The position numbers were made by a program, and so were the translations under genes. This document shows positions 50,060-60,019 of a stretch of 61,206 nt of DNA, in pieces. The stretch lies in IMG/VR virus record IMGVR_UViG_3300031857_000181, positions 1 through 61,206 of that record. The stretch is one strand, 5' to 3'. Each line of letters begins with the position of its first letter. Position 1 is the first letter of the stretch. The notes under the pieces are model-generated. The model made no database searches. It saw only the letters and a program-made list of their open reading frames with translations, and was not told the origin of the DNA. The DNA is from a virus. Lineage: Duplodnaviria; Caudoviricetes.

Positions 50060-51268
50060 ATGAATGATAAAATAAATAGAGCAAAATTTTTAATGTCGTA
50101 TGATAATAAAACGACTCTAAATGAAAATGCTCAATTGTTTGAGATGAATGATTCTCCTGTCATTACGGATTGGTTGTCTCCTGATGAAAAATATGTGATT
50201 TTCTTGGATGAACTTTACGACATCGAAAATAAAACCAAAATTGGTAATATTTGGGAAAACTTCGATAATTTCAAAATATTTTTAAGACATTCATTCAATA
50301 CCGCAACAAATATTCCTCAACAAATAAAAGAATCCTATCTTGATAGATTAGATAATCAACTTTTGATTGAAAGTAAAACAAATTATTCATGTTTAAAACC
50401 TGTTTTCAGGCAGATAATGAATGAGGAATCTTGGTCTGAATGGGGATGGAACAAATTAAAGGGCTGGGGTAACTGGGCGGCTGAAAAGGGAAAGGAAGCT
50501 GTTAAAGGGGTAACTGATTTTGTCGGTACAACCTATCAAGGTGCTAAGGATTTACTTGGACATATATCAAGAGGTGAGTGGAATGAAGTTGTAAATTTAC
50601 TTGGAGCAGGTGCAAAATATTTTGCTAGAAGATTAAGGGATGCCATGTATCATCCTGTCGGAATGATACTTGATATTATGTTAGTTGCATCAGGAATTGG
50701 TAAAACGGTTCAATGGATTCCATGGGCGATAATTGTAGCATTAGACATTTATGAAATAGTTGAGAACGATTTTGAGACACCGATAGAAAAAGGAATGGAG
50801 TGGACAAGATATCTGTTTTTAGGATTAGACATTATTGGATTAGTTACATCGGCTGGTGTAGTAAGTTCAATTAGAACTGCGTTAACAGGTGCTAAGACAG
50901 AAGCACAAGTAATAGAAGCGGTAGGACGTGAAAATTTAAAAATCATGGCTAAAGCGGCTAAAGATGCTCCTGGAATGTTAACACGAGCGTCAGAATGGTT
51001 GGCGACTAGATTTCCTGCTGGTGGAACTTTTATAAAAGGAATTTTAGGTTCAGGTCAAAAAATAATAAACACATTACTTTTTTATCTCAAAAAACTTTTA
51101 TCCCCCAAATCAATTGCTTCAGGAACTCTAGCATCAGGATTAATATATAGTACGGAAAAAGGTATAGATAAACTAAGTAAATCCTTTTCAGGTGGACAAT
51201 CTGGTGTACCAGGTGGGGATATGCCAATTCCTAATTTAATGTCGGGAGAAGCAGAATACACAGTTTAA
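50060..51268 (+). CDS. Hypothetical membrane-interacting protein (possible virion protein)
   Basis: R.KFLMSYDNKTTLNE N-terminus; hydrophobic hairpins. Confidence 0.7.
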   Translation: MNDKINRAKFLMSYDNKTTLNENAQLFEMNDSPVITDWLSPDEKYVIFLDELYDIENKTKIGNIWENFDNFKIFLRHSFNTATNIPQQIKESYLDRLDNQLLIESKTNYSCLKPVFRQIMNEESWSEWGWNKLKGWGNWAAEKGKEAVKGVTDFVGTTYQGAKDLLGHISRGEWNEVVNLLGAGAKYFARRLRDAMYHPVGMILDIMLVASGIGKTVQWIPWAIIVALDIYEIVENDFETPIEKGMEWTRYLFLGLDIIGLVTSAGVVSSIRTALTGAKTEAQVIEAVGRENLKIMAKAAKDAPGMLTRASEWLATRFPAGGTFIKGILGSGQKIINTLLFYLKKLLSPKSIASGTLASGLIYSTEKGIDKLSKSFSGGQSGVPGGDMPIPNLMSGEAEYTV

Positions 51269-51282
51269 ATTTAAAAAATAAA

Positions 51283-52587
51283 ATGGACAAGATATTAAAA
51301 GAAGAAATAGAAAGATTTCAATTATTATCAAAATATGATAATAAAAAAACTTTAGATGAAAATTATAACAATGTTCTAAATGAACAAAGTATATTAGGTA
51401 ATTTGTTTAAATGGGGTGGACGTGAAGCGGGAACTTTATCTAAAACCGCTCTTAAAGAGGTTGAGGAATTATTCAGATTGATACCAACTGAGATGAAAAA
51501 ATTTGGTGTTGATGCCGCTGAAGTAACCGCAAAACTTGAGGCTAAATCATTTACTAGTTCAGAACTTGGGTCGTTTAGAAAGACAGTATTTAAAAATACT
51601 CAAAATGCCGAGACAAGAAAAGAACTAGCTGACGATATGGTTAAGAGTAAAGCATTCCAAGATTTTTTCACTTCAACAAAAGAAAAAAAGATAGTAGATG
51701 ATTTGATTTCTAAAGGTTATAGTGGTGACGATGCTAAATTCTTGATTGATAGATATAAGAGAACTGGCGGTAAATTTTTGGATGATATTAAATCAACTGT
51801 AAAACCAAAAGCACCAAAACTAACAAACACTCAAAGGATGTCGGCACAGAGTCTTGGGAGTACATCCGCAAGAAAAAGTTATGCTGAAATTGCTTGGGAA
51901 ATACTTCAAGCTCCGTTTAGGGTTGGTGGTTTTATTATTAGTAATTTTTGGAAGATTTTTTGGTTGGCGGGTAGTATTGGTGTTGCATATTACTTATGGA
52001 ACAATTTAAATCAAAAAATTAAGAAGTATCCGAAATGTTTATATAGAGGTCAAAGTCCTGATGATTTTAAAAAAATGTATGAGGAAAAACTTGAGTATAT
52101 TATAATTACTGAAACAGGTAATGAATTTATTGATGAAAATGGTGGTGGTAGATTTTATATTGATAATACATTTGAAACTGATAATCGAAAATATAAAGGA
52201 AAATGGAGTGATGAGGATGATTTAGATATTCTTGTAACATTAAGTGGCGGGGAAGAACATTCTCTACCATGTAGTAACATCAGTGATTTTGAAGATGAAA
52301 CAGACATCAGAGAAAAAGAAACATCGGTACAAACGGAAAAACAAAAAATAATTTCAAGTTGGGATGGAAAGTATGAAAAGTGTGATGACTTCCCTATGTC
52401 AATTGGATGTATTAATGATGGTGTAATTGGAACGGTACAAATTTGTTTAGGTTTACCAAAGGATGGTAAGTTTACACCAAAAGTTTTAGACGCATTAGAA
52501 AAAGAAGGATATGGTTTTGAACTAACCTTTGATATTTATAAAAGAATTCAAAGTAAATGTGGAATGAGTTCATCAATAGCTATTTGA
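51283..52587 (+). CDS. Hypothetical protein with TM helix and C-terminal PG-binding-like motif
   Basis: EEIERFQLLSKYDNKKTLDE; TM FWLAGSIGVAYYLW; VQ.CLGL..DGKF.P...AL. Confidence 0.65.
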   Translation: MDKILKEEIERFQLLSKYDNKKTLDENYNNVLNEQSILGNLFKWGGREAGTLSKTALKEVEELFRLIPTEMKKFGVDAAEVTAKLEAKSFTSSELGSFRKTVFKNTQNAETRKELADDMVKSKAFQDFFTSTKEKKIVDDLISKGYSGDDAKFLIDRYKRTGGKFLDDIKSTVKPKAPKLTNTQRMSAQSLGSTSARKSYAEIAWEILQAPFRVGGFIISNFWKIFWLAGSIGVAYYLWNNLNQKIKKYPKCLYRGQSPDDFKKMYEEKLEYIIITETGNEFIDENGGGRFYIDNTFETDNRKYKGKWSDEDDLDILVTLSGGEEHSLPCSNISDFEDETDIREKETSVQTEKQKIISSWDGKYEKCDDFPMSIGCINDGVIGTVQICLGLPKDGKFTPKVLDALEKEGYGFELTFDIYKRIQSKCGMSSSIAI

Positions 52588-52613
52588 TTAACATAATTTA
52601 AAATAAAATTAAA

Positions 52614-53711
52614 ATGAAAAATATAATTAAAGAACAATCCGAAGATTTATATAAAAAACAGCAAACAAAACTATGTAGTCAAGTTATAGACCCATTTTTA
52701 AATCAAGCCTGTGTCGCAGATTGTTATAGACGAGGTTTCGTACCTAATGTTCCTGTTCCTGATTTCCCTGAATTAAATGCTATTCAGGAAGTAGCGGAAG
52801 AAGATGGAAAAAAAATGTTCGCATTCCATACTAGTGTGGACTCAAAAAAAATACCAGGACGTAAAATGACTTATTTATATACTGGTACGCCAGAAAACTA
52901 TACCTTCGTAAAAGCAGTTGCTTATAGATGTGAAAAATTGGAAAAATTAAAAAACCCAACAAATTTAACAGGATATGCAAAATCACTTTATGATTTCGTT
53001 ACTAAACCAGTTTCTGAAAATGGTTTAGGATACCGAGGGGTAAGTGATGTTAATGATTCAGAAATCGGAGACTGGGAATTAGTTAATTTAAATACCGATA
53101 AAGATATTAAAGAAGGTGGGTTATATTGGGATAAAATCAAAGGTGTAGCATCATGGATTGAGACAATTAATAATCAACTTATCAATATATACGCATATAA
53201 ACCTAGAAAAGGTACTGCTTCCGTTTTTGACATCACTAATAAAAAAAAGGAAGTATACGAATACTTTAAATCGAAAGATTATACACAATGTGCTCAAGGT
53301 GACTTTGAAGATGGTACTGTGGCTAAAGTAGATTTGTATAAAATTTATGGATCTACTTTTGAACAAGGTACTTTTGTTTGTAAACCATGGACTAAAATAA
53401 GCACATCAAAATCAGATTGTATTACAGCAATTGATTCTTACTATGAATTAATTCAACAATATTCAAATGTAGAGGGAAATATACCTGTTGAAAAAAGAGA
53501 TTTAGTTATGATGAAAAACCAAGTAAATAAGTGTATGGCGGAATGGTATAATGAGAAAGGATTTAAATCATTAGGAAGAAGAAATAAAATGGAATTTTTA
53601 AAATCACTTAGAGCTAGTTCTCCTTTTTTCTTAAGGGAATCTACTGATAGATTGACAAATATAATTAGAGAAAGTTTATCTATCGTAAAGATGCGTAAAA
53701 ACTCTATTTAA
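52614..53711 (+). CDS. Hypothetical protein
   Basis: MKNIIKEQ start; C-terminal LTNIIRESL. Confidence 0.7.
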   Translation: MKNIIKEQSEDLYKKQQTKLCSQVIDPFLNQACVADCYRRGFVPNVPVPDFPELNAIQEVAEEDGKKMFAFHTSVDSKKIPGRKMTYLYTGTPENYTFVKAVAYRCEKLEKLKNPTNLTGYAKSLYDFVTKPVSENGLGYRGVSDVNDSEIGDWELVNLNTDKDIKEGGLYWDKIKGVASWIETINNQLINIYAYKPRKGTASVFDITNKKKEVYEYFKSKDYTQCAQGDFEDGTVAKVDLYKIYGSTFEQGTFVCKPWTKISTSKSDCITAIDSYYELIQQYSNVEGNIPVEKRDLVMMKNQVNKCMAEWYNEKGFKSLGRRNKMEFLKSLRASSPFFLRESTDRLTNIIRESLSIVKMRKNSI

Positions 53712-53780
53712 AGATACCTGCGAGGTAGGACTTGCATGGGATAAACTCGACTAAAAGAAAGGGAGGTATCCAACATCTAC

Positions 53781-53806
53781 CAAAAGGACGTTTTTACGTC
53801 CTTTTG
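53781..53806. terminator. Terminator between convergent genes
   Basis: CAAAAGGACGT..ACGTCCTTTTG. Confidence 0.8.
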
Positions 53807-53809
53807 TGT

Positions 53810-54301
53810 TTAGTAGAATGTCGTTTTGAAATCTTCCCATAAATCACCAACTGAAGAATTAATTATTTCTGAGAATATATTTGGTTCATAGGGAAGAATA
53901 TTCATTTTCATATTTGCTTGTTCTGGTGTTCTATCATCTTTTAATCTATTACATGGAGAACAACAAGTTATTAAATTCATCCAGGTATTTTGTCCTCCCT
54001 TTGATTTTGGGATGATGTGATCAATGGTTAGATTTTTCTTACTACCACAATATGTACATTCATGACCATCTCTTCTGTATAATCTGTGTCTGTTAATCTT
54101 CAATTTATTAACTCTGAACTTAACAAAGTTTAATAAACGGATAATTAAGGGACGTACAAATTCTTTGACTCCTGTACATAATGGCTTGTTACTTGCCTTC
54201 AAGATTTCAGCCTTTCCTTTGTTAACCAAGGTAAATCCTTTATATACTGAGGTTACATTTATTGGGGTGAAATCAGCATTTAATACTAATACTTTTTCCA
54301 T
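53810..54301 (-). CDS. HNH endonuclease (McrA-like)
   Basis: VLVLNADF.P, RDGHECTYCG, TIDHIIPKSKGG..W.NL..CC..CN..K. Confidence 0.92.
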   Translation of the reverse strand: MEKVLVLNADFTPINVTSVYKGFTLVNKGKAEILKASNKPLCTGVKEFVRPLIIRLLNFVKFRVNKLKINRHRLYRRDGHECTYCGSKKNLTIDHIIPKSKGGQNTWMNLITCCSPCNRLKDDRTPEQANMKMNILPYEPNIFSEIINSSVGDLWEDFKTTFY

Positions 54302-54371
54302 AATTTTTATTTTTTGTTCTAAATAAATAGAAGAAAAAATACTCATTGTCAATTTTGACAATACATTAATA

Positions 54372-55031
54372 TTATGGTTTAATATCGGATTTCAAAGATT
54401 GGTAGAATAAAAATGATTCATTGTCTATTATTGATTTAATAAAATTATCATCAAAATCATTTTCTTTATATTTCGGCCAATTTATAGGATGACCTCCTCC
54501 ACCTGTTTTACCTATACCGTGTTTTAAACCTAAATGATAAAATTTTAGCTCATTTATGACTTCCTTTTTATTAATCTGTTTCCATATCTCAATATCTAAA
54601 TAAGGATATGAATCATCAGGAAATTTAATATTTAATATTTCTTTTGTAACCGCGGTACAACAAGCGGATGCCCTATCAGGATGATTAACAATTAAATATT
54701 TTTTTGTGAACAAATGATAATATATTGTTTTACCAAATCCAATTACATCAGGTTTATTTATTTTCCAAGTATTGAAAACTTTTTCAAGATAATTGGGGGC
54801 GTACCAATCATCATCTTCCCAAAAAACTACTAAATCACATTTTTTGTTGATAAATAACGATTCACATCCTAATCTGTATCTTTTTGTGATATCAACCTTA
54901 TCATCAGTAGGATTAAAATCTACGATGAGTATTTCATCAGGCTGAATTGATTGATTTGATAGTAATTTTTTTGCGTGACTAAGAAATTTATCTCTATCAC
55001 CTCTTGTCGGTATTAATACTCCTAATTTCAT
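54372..55031 (-). CDS. Glycosyltransferase, GT-A fold (GT2-like)
   Basis: VLIPTRGDR, EDDDWY. Confidence 0.8.
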   Translation of the reverse strand: MKLGVLIPTRGDRDKFLSHAKKLLSNQSIQPDEILIVDFNPTDDKVDITKRYRLGCESLFINKKCDLVVFWEDDDWYAPNYLEKVFNTWKINKPDVIGFGKTIYYHLFTKKYLIVNHPDRASACCTAVTKEILNIKFPDDSYPYLDIEIWKQINKKEVINELKFYHLGLKHGIGKTGGGGHPINWPKYKENDFDDNFIKSIIDNESFLFYQSLKSDIKP

Positions 55032-55639
55032 AGATTATATCCCCATTTAGAACAAGTCCCTCTGATTCTTAAATTCACATAATTTTCAATATTAAAATTA
55101 GAGAGTAAGTTTATTTTATTTTTATTATATATGTCAATCATTGATTCAATACAAGGTGCCCCATGTTTGATAAAGGGTTTAAATTCTAAGTAAGAATTTC
55201 TATTGATTAACATGCAATAAGGGTGTATATATGAATATATAAAATTATTGTCACCCTTATAATTTTTTTGAGTTTTTTCATACCCACTTGAATTTAAAGT
55301 CAGAAGTTTCCCCACCGAATAACCTTTAAATTCTTTTATCATATCCTCAATTATTGGTTTTATTAATGTTACATCACTATCAATTATTAATAAATAATCT
55401 TTGTTTGATGTTTTAATTCCATAATCCATTCCAGGTCCATGATGTATATTGTATCCAAATCTCTCTGTAACAAAATTCACATCTTTTTTTTCTAAATCTT
55501 CAAAATATCTTTCACCATTGTCACTCCCATCAATTACTCTATAATTTATATTCGGATAAAAGTTTCTAACTGATTCGTATTGTTCATAAATGTATTCCGG
55601 TGTTTTATAGTGAACTGATATTATTTCTATATTTTCCAT
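55028..55639 (-). CDS. Glycosyltransferase, GT2-like
   Basis: VIDGSD, HG.GMD, IIDSDV. Confidence 0.75.
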   Translation of the reverse strand: MENIEIISVHYKTPEYIYEQYESVRNFYPNINYRVIDGSDNGERYFEDLEKKDVNFVTERFGYNIHHGPGMDYGIKTSNKDYLLIIDSDVTLIKPIIEDMIKEFKGYSVGKLLTLNSSGYEKTQKNYKGDNNFIYSYIHPYCMLINRNSYLEFKPFIKHGAPCIESMIDIYNKNKINLLSNFNIENYVNLRIRGTCSKWGYNL

Positions 55640-55680
55640 AAAAAAATTTTAAAATATATTTATCAATAAATACTAATCAA

Positions 55681-57261
55681 ATGAATATTAAAAAAAAATA
55701 TTTCAGTATCATCATCCCAACAATGTGGAAGAGTGATAAAATACATCAAATGTTAGATGTGTATCAAAAAAATGAGCTAGTTAAAGAAATTATCATTATT
55801 GATAATAACCCATCAGAAAAACCAAACTTAGAAAAGTACTCAAAAATAATATATTATACTGAAGGTAAAAATTTATATGTAAATCCTTCATGGAATATTG
55901 GTGTTTCGTTATCAGGATATCAAATAATATTAGCTAATGATGATATTTTAATTCGTGATTTGACAAAAATATTAAAATCAATATTACTAACAGAATTTGA
56001 TATTATTGGTACTCAATTAGGAGAAATTAATGATAATTTTAAAATAGATTCTGTAAACAAATTTCCTAGAAACTGTTATGGTGTGTTTATGTATATTAAA
56101 AAGTATACTTATATACCTGAACAAATTAAAATATGGGCTGGTGATAATATATTATTTGATAAGTCAAAAAATAGAGGGGTATTCAAAAATGCTGGAATTA
56201 TTAATGATAATGGTAACAAGATAATTGATGGTGATACAGTAAGACATGTTCGAAATACTATGGGTGATGACATTTTGTTAACAGATAGAGTACATTATAA
56301 TAATTTAAATTATAATGAGGAAATTTTTAATATTATAGTTAGAACTTCAGGTAGAAAAAACTATTTTAAAAATTGTATCAATAGTATCCGTAAATTTTAT
56401 CCGACAGCTAAAATTCATGTTACTATTGATGATGAATCTGATTTGGAATATGTTAGAGAAAGTATGGGAAAATTAAATTGGACATATTATCTTATTAATA
56501 AAAATACTGTATCTAGAATTACAAACAAAATAAAATTAAATAGGGATTTGAAATTTGTTTATAATTATTATTTTAATATTGTGAAGCCATTTCTTAGTGG
56601 GTGGGTTATGTACTTAGACGATGATGACGCTATGATACAGACACCTATGTTTGATTGGGTTATGAAAGATGTTATTAACATATATAAAGCACAATTATAT
56701 AAGAAAATAGTACCGTCAATACAAAATTTCGGTAAAACCCCGAAACTAAATGACATTAGTACTCTTTGTATTATAGTTCACTCAAAAAATTTAATTGATT
56801 GGGTTCCAAATCGAGGTGGAGATTATGATTTTATAAGTGAGTTATGTAACAAACATCATGTTATTTGGTACGATACAATTAATTGTAAAATTCAAAACGT
56901 TGAAGGGTATGGGATTAGGAATGATATATCAGAAAGTGAGGTGATTAATTATGATTTTAATACTATTGATGACAACCAAAACGATGAAAAATTTTTAAAT
57001 CAATTTATTCCACAAGAAACTAATTTAGAAAAATTAAAGAAATTAATGAACTTAACGGAAAGAAAAAAGGTTGAGATAAATTATGAGAACATTAATAACG
57101 CTTTAAGTAAAAAAGAAAATTTTTACAAAACAAATAGTAGTCTCAAACCGTTAAGAGAGAACATCCCTCAAAACCGAAATGAAATAACCCAGCTTAAAAA
57201 AGATTCATTAACTAAAACGTCAAGAGATTTATTTAGTAAAGGGAAAAAATATAAGGGTTAA
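55681..57261 (+). CDS. Double-domain GT2-like glycosyltransferase
   Basis: IIIPTMW..IIIDN..ANDD; second domain RTSGR..YLDDDD..GDYDF. Confidence 0.8.
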   Translation: MNIKKKYFSIIIPTMWKSDKIHQMLDVYQKNELVKEIIIIDNNPSEKPNLEKYSKIIYYTEGKNLYVNPSWNIGVSLSGYQIILANDDILIRDLTKILKSILLTEFDIIGTQLGEINDNFKIDSVNKFPRNCYGVFMYIKKYTYIPEQIKIWAGDNILFDKSKNRGVFKNAGIINDNGNKIIDGDTVRHVRNTMGDDILLTDRVHYNNLNYNEEIFNIIVRTSGRKNYFKNCINSIRKFYPTAKIHVTIDDESDLEYVRESMGKLNWTYYLINKNTVSRITNKIKLNRDLKFVYNYYFNIVKPFLSGWVMYLDDDDAMIQTPMFDWVMKDVINIYKAQLYKKIVPSIQNFGKTPKLNDISTLCIIVHSKNLIDWVPNRGGDYDFISELCNKHHVIWYDTINCKIQNVEGYGIRNDISESEVINYDFNTIDDNQNDEKFLNQFIPQETNLEKLKKLMNLTERKKVEINYENINNALSKKENFYKTNSSLKPLRENIPQNRNEITQLKKDSLTKTSRDLFSKGKKYKG

Positions 57262-57265
57262 AGTT

Positions 57266-57295
57266 TTTGGAATTGTAGAATTAGTTTTATTTTTG
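57266..57295 (+). promoter_or_regulatory. Bacteroidota-type promoter
   Basis: TTTG-N18-TATTTTTG. Confidence 0.5.
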
Positions 57296-57327
57296 TCTTA
57301 TTACTTCACAAGTTAAAAACAATCGAC

Positions 57328-57918
57328 ATGAGATCATTAATCGAACTTTTCATCATCGCAGTAATTGTCATCTTTTTATATGAAAAATATTTTGACAATC
57401 TTCCATCGATTCAATTTGATATGAACCCAAAAAATTCAACATCAAAAAACAATCAATCCAAAGACAATCATATTGACTTTTATATCAGACCCTTGGGTGA
57501 TGTCGATTATAGTGATTTAACGGACGCATTAAAATATATCGAAGATTTCTATGGTTATAACTGTAAAATCAAACCAGGTTTTGAAATCAATGATAATATG
57601 AAAATCGATGGTACTGATGATATTCTGAACGCAAAACAAACCATTGAAGAATTAAAAGAATATAGAAAAACAATTTTCATTGTTGACAAAAAACTGTGGT
57701 ACTTCAATGATGAACTTAAAGGTTTTACTAACGGAAAAACTATTTTGGTTCAAGGTGAAAAGGAATGGTTGAAAGAAACTGTTATTCACGAAATTGGACA
57801 TACTTTAGGTTTGAAACACTGTGATGATTTATCCTGTATCATGGCTTTGAATAACGACGCATATGAAACTGGTAAATTTTGTAATAAATGTCAAAGAAAA
57901 CTTAATCAAAATAAATAA
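57328..57918 (+). CDS. Membrane-anchored archaemetzincin-like zinc metalloprotease
   Basis: HEIGHTLGLKHC..CIM..FCNKC; N-terminal TM. Confidence 0.85.
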   Translation: MRSLIELFIIAVIVIFLYEKYFDNLPSIQFDMNPKNSTSKNNQSKDNHIDFYIRPLGDVDYSDLTDALKYIEDFYGYNCKIKPGFEINDNMKIDGTDDILNAKQTIEELKEYRKTIFIVDKKLWYFNDELKGFTNGKTILVQGEKEWLKETVIHEIGHTLGLKHCDDLSCIMALNNDAYETGKFCNKCQRKLNQNK

Positions 57919-57919
57919 A

Positions 57920-58288
57920 ATGAAAGATAAACTTAAAAGTGTTGTTAATAAGTTGGGATTGATTGAAGCAAGCTCAACATTGGGTTTACCAATTCAAAAA
58001 ATCATAGATATTCTTGATTTAAAATTTAAAACATTTGATGATATTGAATTCAAACACCACCCTTTAGGTAATGGTATTCAAGGTGCTATTACCTTTGATA
58101 ATGGTTATGGTGCTTCAGTTGTACGTCATGAATATTCTTATGGGGGAAAAAAAGGACTATATGAATTAGCCGTACTTGACAAAGATGGAGAACTTACTTA
58201 TGACACACCAATTACAAGTGATGTTATGGGTTACTTATCACCAAAAGATGTGACTGAAATATTAATTCAAATACAAGATTTAAAATAA
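57920..58288 (+). CDS. Conserved phage hypothetical protein
   Basis: F.NGYGASVV..SYGG..GLYELAVL; start reassigned. Confidence 0.75.
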   Translation: MKDKLKSVVNKLGLIEASSTLGLPIQKIIDILDLKFKTFDDIEFKHHPLGNGIQGAITFDNGYGASVVRHEYSYGGKKGLYELAVLDKDGELTYDTPITSDVMGYLSPKDVTEILIQIQDLK

Positions 58289-58291
58289 CCC

Positions 58292-58320
58292 TTGACAACC
58301 CCAATCTAATATTCTATACT
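58292..58320 (+). promoter_or_regulatory. sigma70-like promoter
   Basis: TTGACA-N17-TATACT directly upstream of the Ro60-like gene. Confidence 0.55.
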
Positions 58321-58346
58321 TTCAAAACAAATTAAATAAAAAGATT

Positions 58347-59750
58347 ATGAACTTCTTAGACGCATTACAAACAGAGGATACATTTACAGAAAATGGTATG
58401 GTCACAAATTCATCAACTCTTAACGAGTGTGTGAATTTATTCTTCACCATTGGAGCAATGAGAGGACAAGACAAACAAAGATTGTTGAGTAATTTCTCAA
58501 AGGCATTTAATGAAAACCCATTGACTGCGATGCGTATTCTATTTTGGTCAAGAGATGTTCGTGGAGGTGCTGGTGAAAGACAAATATTCCGTGATATAAT
58601 CCAATTCTTAGCAGAAACGGATTCAGAAGTATTGGCAAAGAACATTAAGTTCATCCCAGAATTCGGTCGTTGGGACGATTTAACCGTCCTATTCAACACA
58701 AAAGTGAATAACGATGCGATGGCGACAATAATCCAGGGATTAGAATCCCGTAATGGATTGTGTGCAAAGTGGATGCCAAGAAAAGGGGTTATTTTTAACT
58801 CCATCAGAAAGGCTATGGGTCTGACACCAAAATCTTTACGTAAAATGTTGGTTGAACTTTCCAACACCGTAGAACAAAAGATGTGTGCAAATGAGTGGTC
58901 AAATATTGAATACTCTAAAGTACCATCTTTGGCTATGGGAAGATATTCAAAAGCGTTTCCAAAACACGATAGTCTTGGGTTTGGTCAATATATTCTCGCC
59001 CTTAAAAATGGTGAGACAAAGGTAAATGCAAGTGCAGTTTATCCTTATGATGTTGTCAAAACCTTGAACTTAGGTGGTAGAGAATTAGCTATTGAACAAT
59101 GGAAAGCTCTTCCAAATTTTATGGAAGGATGTACCGAAAGAATACTACCTGTTGTTGATGTTTCAGGATCTATGGGTTGTAGTGTTGGTGGAAACGCCAA
59201 TGTTACTTGTATGGATGTTGCAATATCATTGGGATTGTATATTTCTGAGAGAAATGAGGGTGAATTCAAAGATAGTTTTATTACTTTCTCTGAAAAACCT
59301 CAACTTCAAAAACTAAGTGGTGATTTATATAATAGATATACACAACTTAGTAGTTCTGATTGGGGTATGAGTACAAACCTCGAAAGTGTGTTTAAACTCA
59401 TCCTTCGTCAGGCAAAGAAACATAATGTCTCTCAGGATAAAATGCCAACAAAAATCCTTATCTTGTCTGATATGGAATTTAATCGGGCGACAAACCTACC
59501 TTTAACTGCAATGCAGATGATTCGTAGGGAGTATGAATCTCACGGATATACTTTACCTAGTATCGTTTATTGGAATATTCAATCAAGAAATAAGAACTTC
59601 CCAGTTCGTTTCGATGAAAAGGGAACAGCATTGATTTCTGGTTTGAGTCCTGCAATAATGAAATCAGTTTTGGTAGGAAATATTGATTCTCCGGAACATA
59701 TTATGAATATCACAATTGATTCAGATAGATACAAGATGATAGTAGTCTAA
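58347..59750 (+). CDS. DUF2828-family Ro60/TROVE-like protein with C-terminal vWA domain
   Basis: TENG, RD.RGG.GER, GRWDD, AKW.PR helical region; MIDAS DVSGSM, WGMSTN, ILSDMEF, YWN. Confidence 0.85.
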   Translation: MNFLDALQTEDTFTENGMVTNSSTLNECVNLFFTIGAMRGQDKQRLLSNFSKAFNENPLTAMRILFWSRDVRGGAGERQIFRDIIQFLAETDSEVLAKNIKFIPEFGRWDDLTVLFNTKVNNDAMATIIQGLESRNGLCAKWMPRKGVIFNSIRKAMGLTPKSLRKMLVELSNTVEQKMCANEWSNIEYSKVPSLAMGRYSKAFPKHDSLGFGQYILALKNGETKVNASAVYPYDVVKTLNLGGRELAIEQWKALPNFMEGCTERILPVVDVSGSMGCSVGGNANVTCMDVAISLGLYISERNEGEFKDSFITFSEKPQLQKLSGDLYNRYTQLSSSDWGMSTNLESVFKLILRQAKKHNVSQDKMPTKILILSDMEFNRATNLPLTAMQMIRREYESHGYTLPSIVYWNIQSRNKNFPVRFDEKGTALISGLSPAIMKSVLVGNIDSPEHIMNITIDSDRYKMIVV

Positions 59751-59756
59751 CAATAT

Positions 59757-59897
59757 GGAAAAATTGGTTTATAAGGAATGATTCCTGCAAACCTAACTAC
59801 AATTACAATTCAATAACAAGGATAGAGTCGGTCAAACTCACTTCTCTCACAAGGAGATAAATTTTTAACCAAACCCCATTCTGAAACCAATTTTTCC
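59757..59897 (+). ncRNA. Y-RNA-like hairpin RNA 1 (candidate)
   Basis: 14-bp outer stem GGAAAAATTGGTTT/AAACCAATTTTTCC; ATAA/G internal loop; GGAATG/CATTCT; then ATTCCTGCAA. Confidence 0.65.
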
Positions 59898-59946
59898 TAT
59901 TTTTTTCTTGACTTAATGAAACTTTTTATCTAATTTTACGTTATAT

Positions 59947-60015
59947 ATTGTACAAGGGATATTTACAGCAACTCCAAATCAAATTATGGAATTTTGAAAA
60001 AACTATCCTGACAAT
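59947..60015 (+). ncRNA. Y-RNA-like hairpin RNA 2 (candidate)
   Basis: ATTGT/ACAAT; ACAA/G loop; GGGATA/TATCCT; then TTTACAGCAA. Confidence 0.65.
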
Positions 60016-60019
60016 TTAA

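Noticed and set aside
58322-58867. 181-aa antisense ORF and similar shadows (44569..45039, 42626..42946, 29675..30016)
   Set aside because: They lie antisense to well-supported genes and have no motifs.
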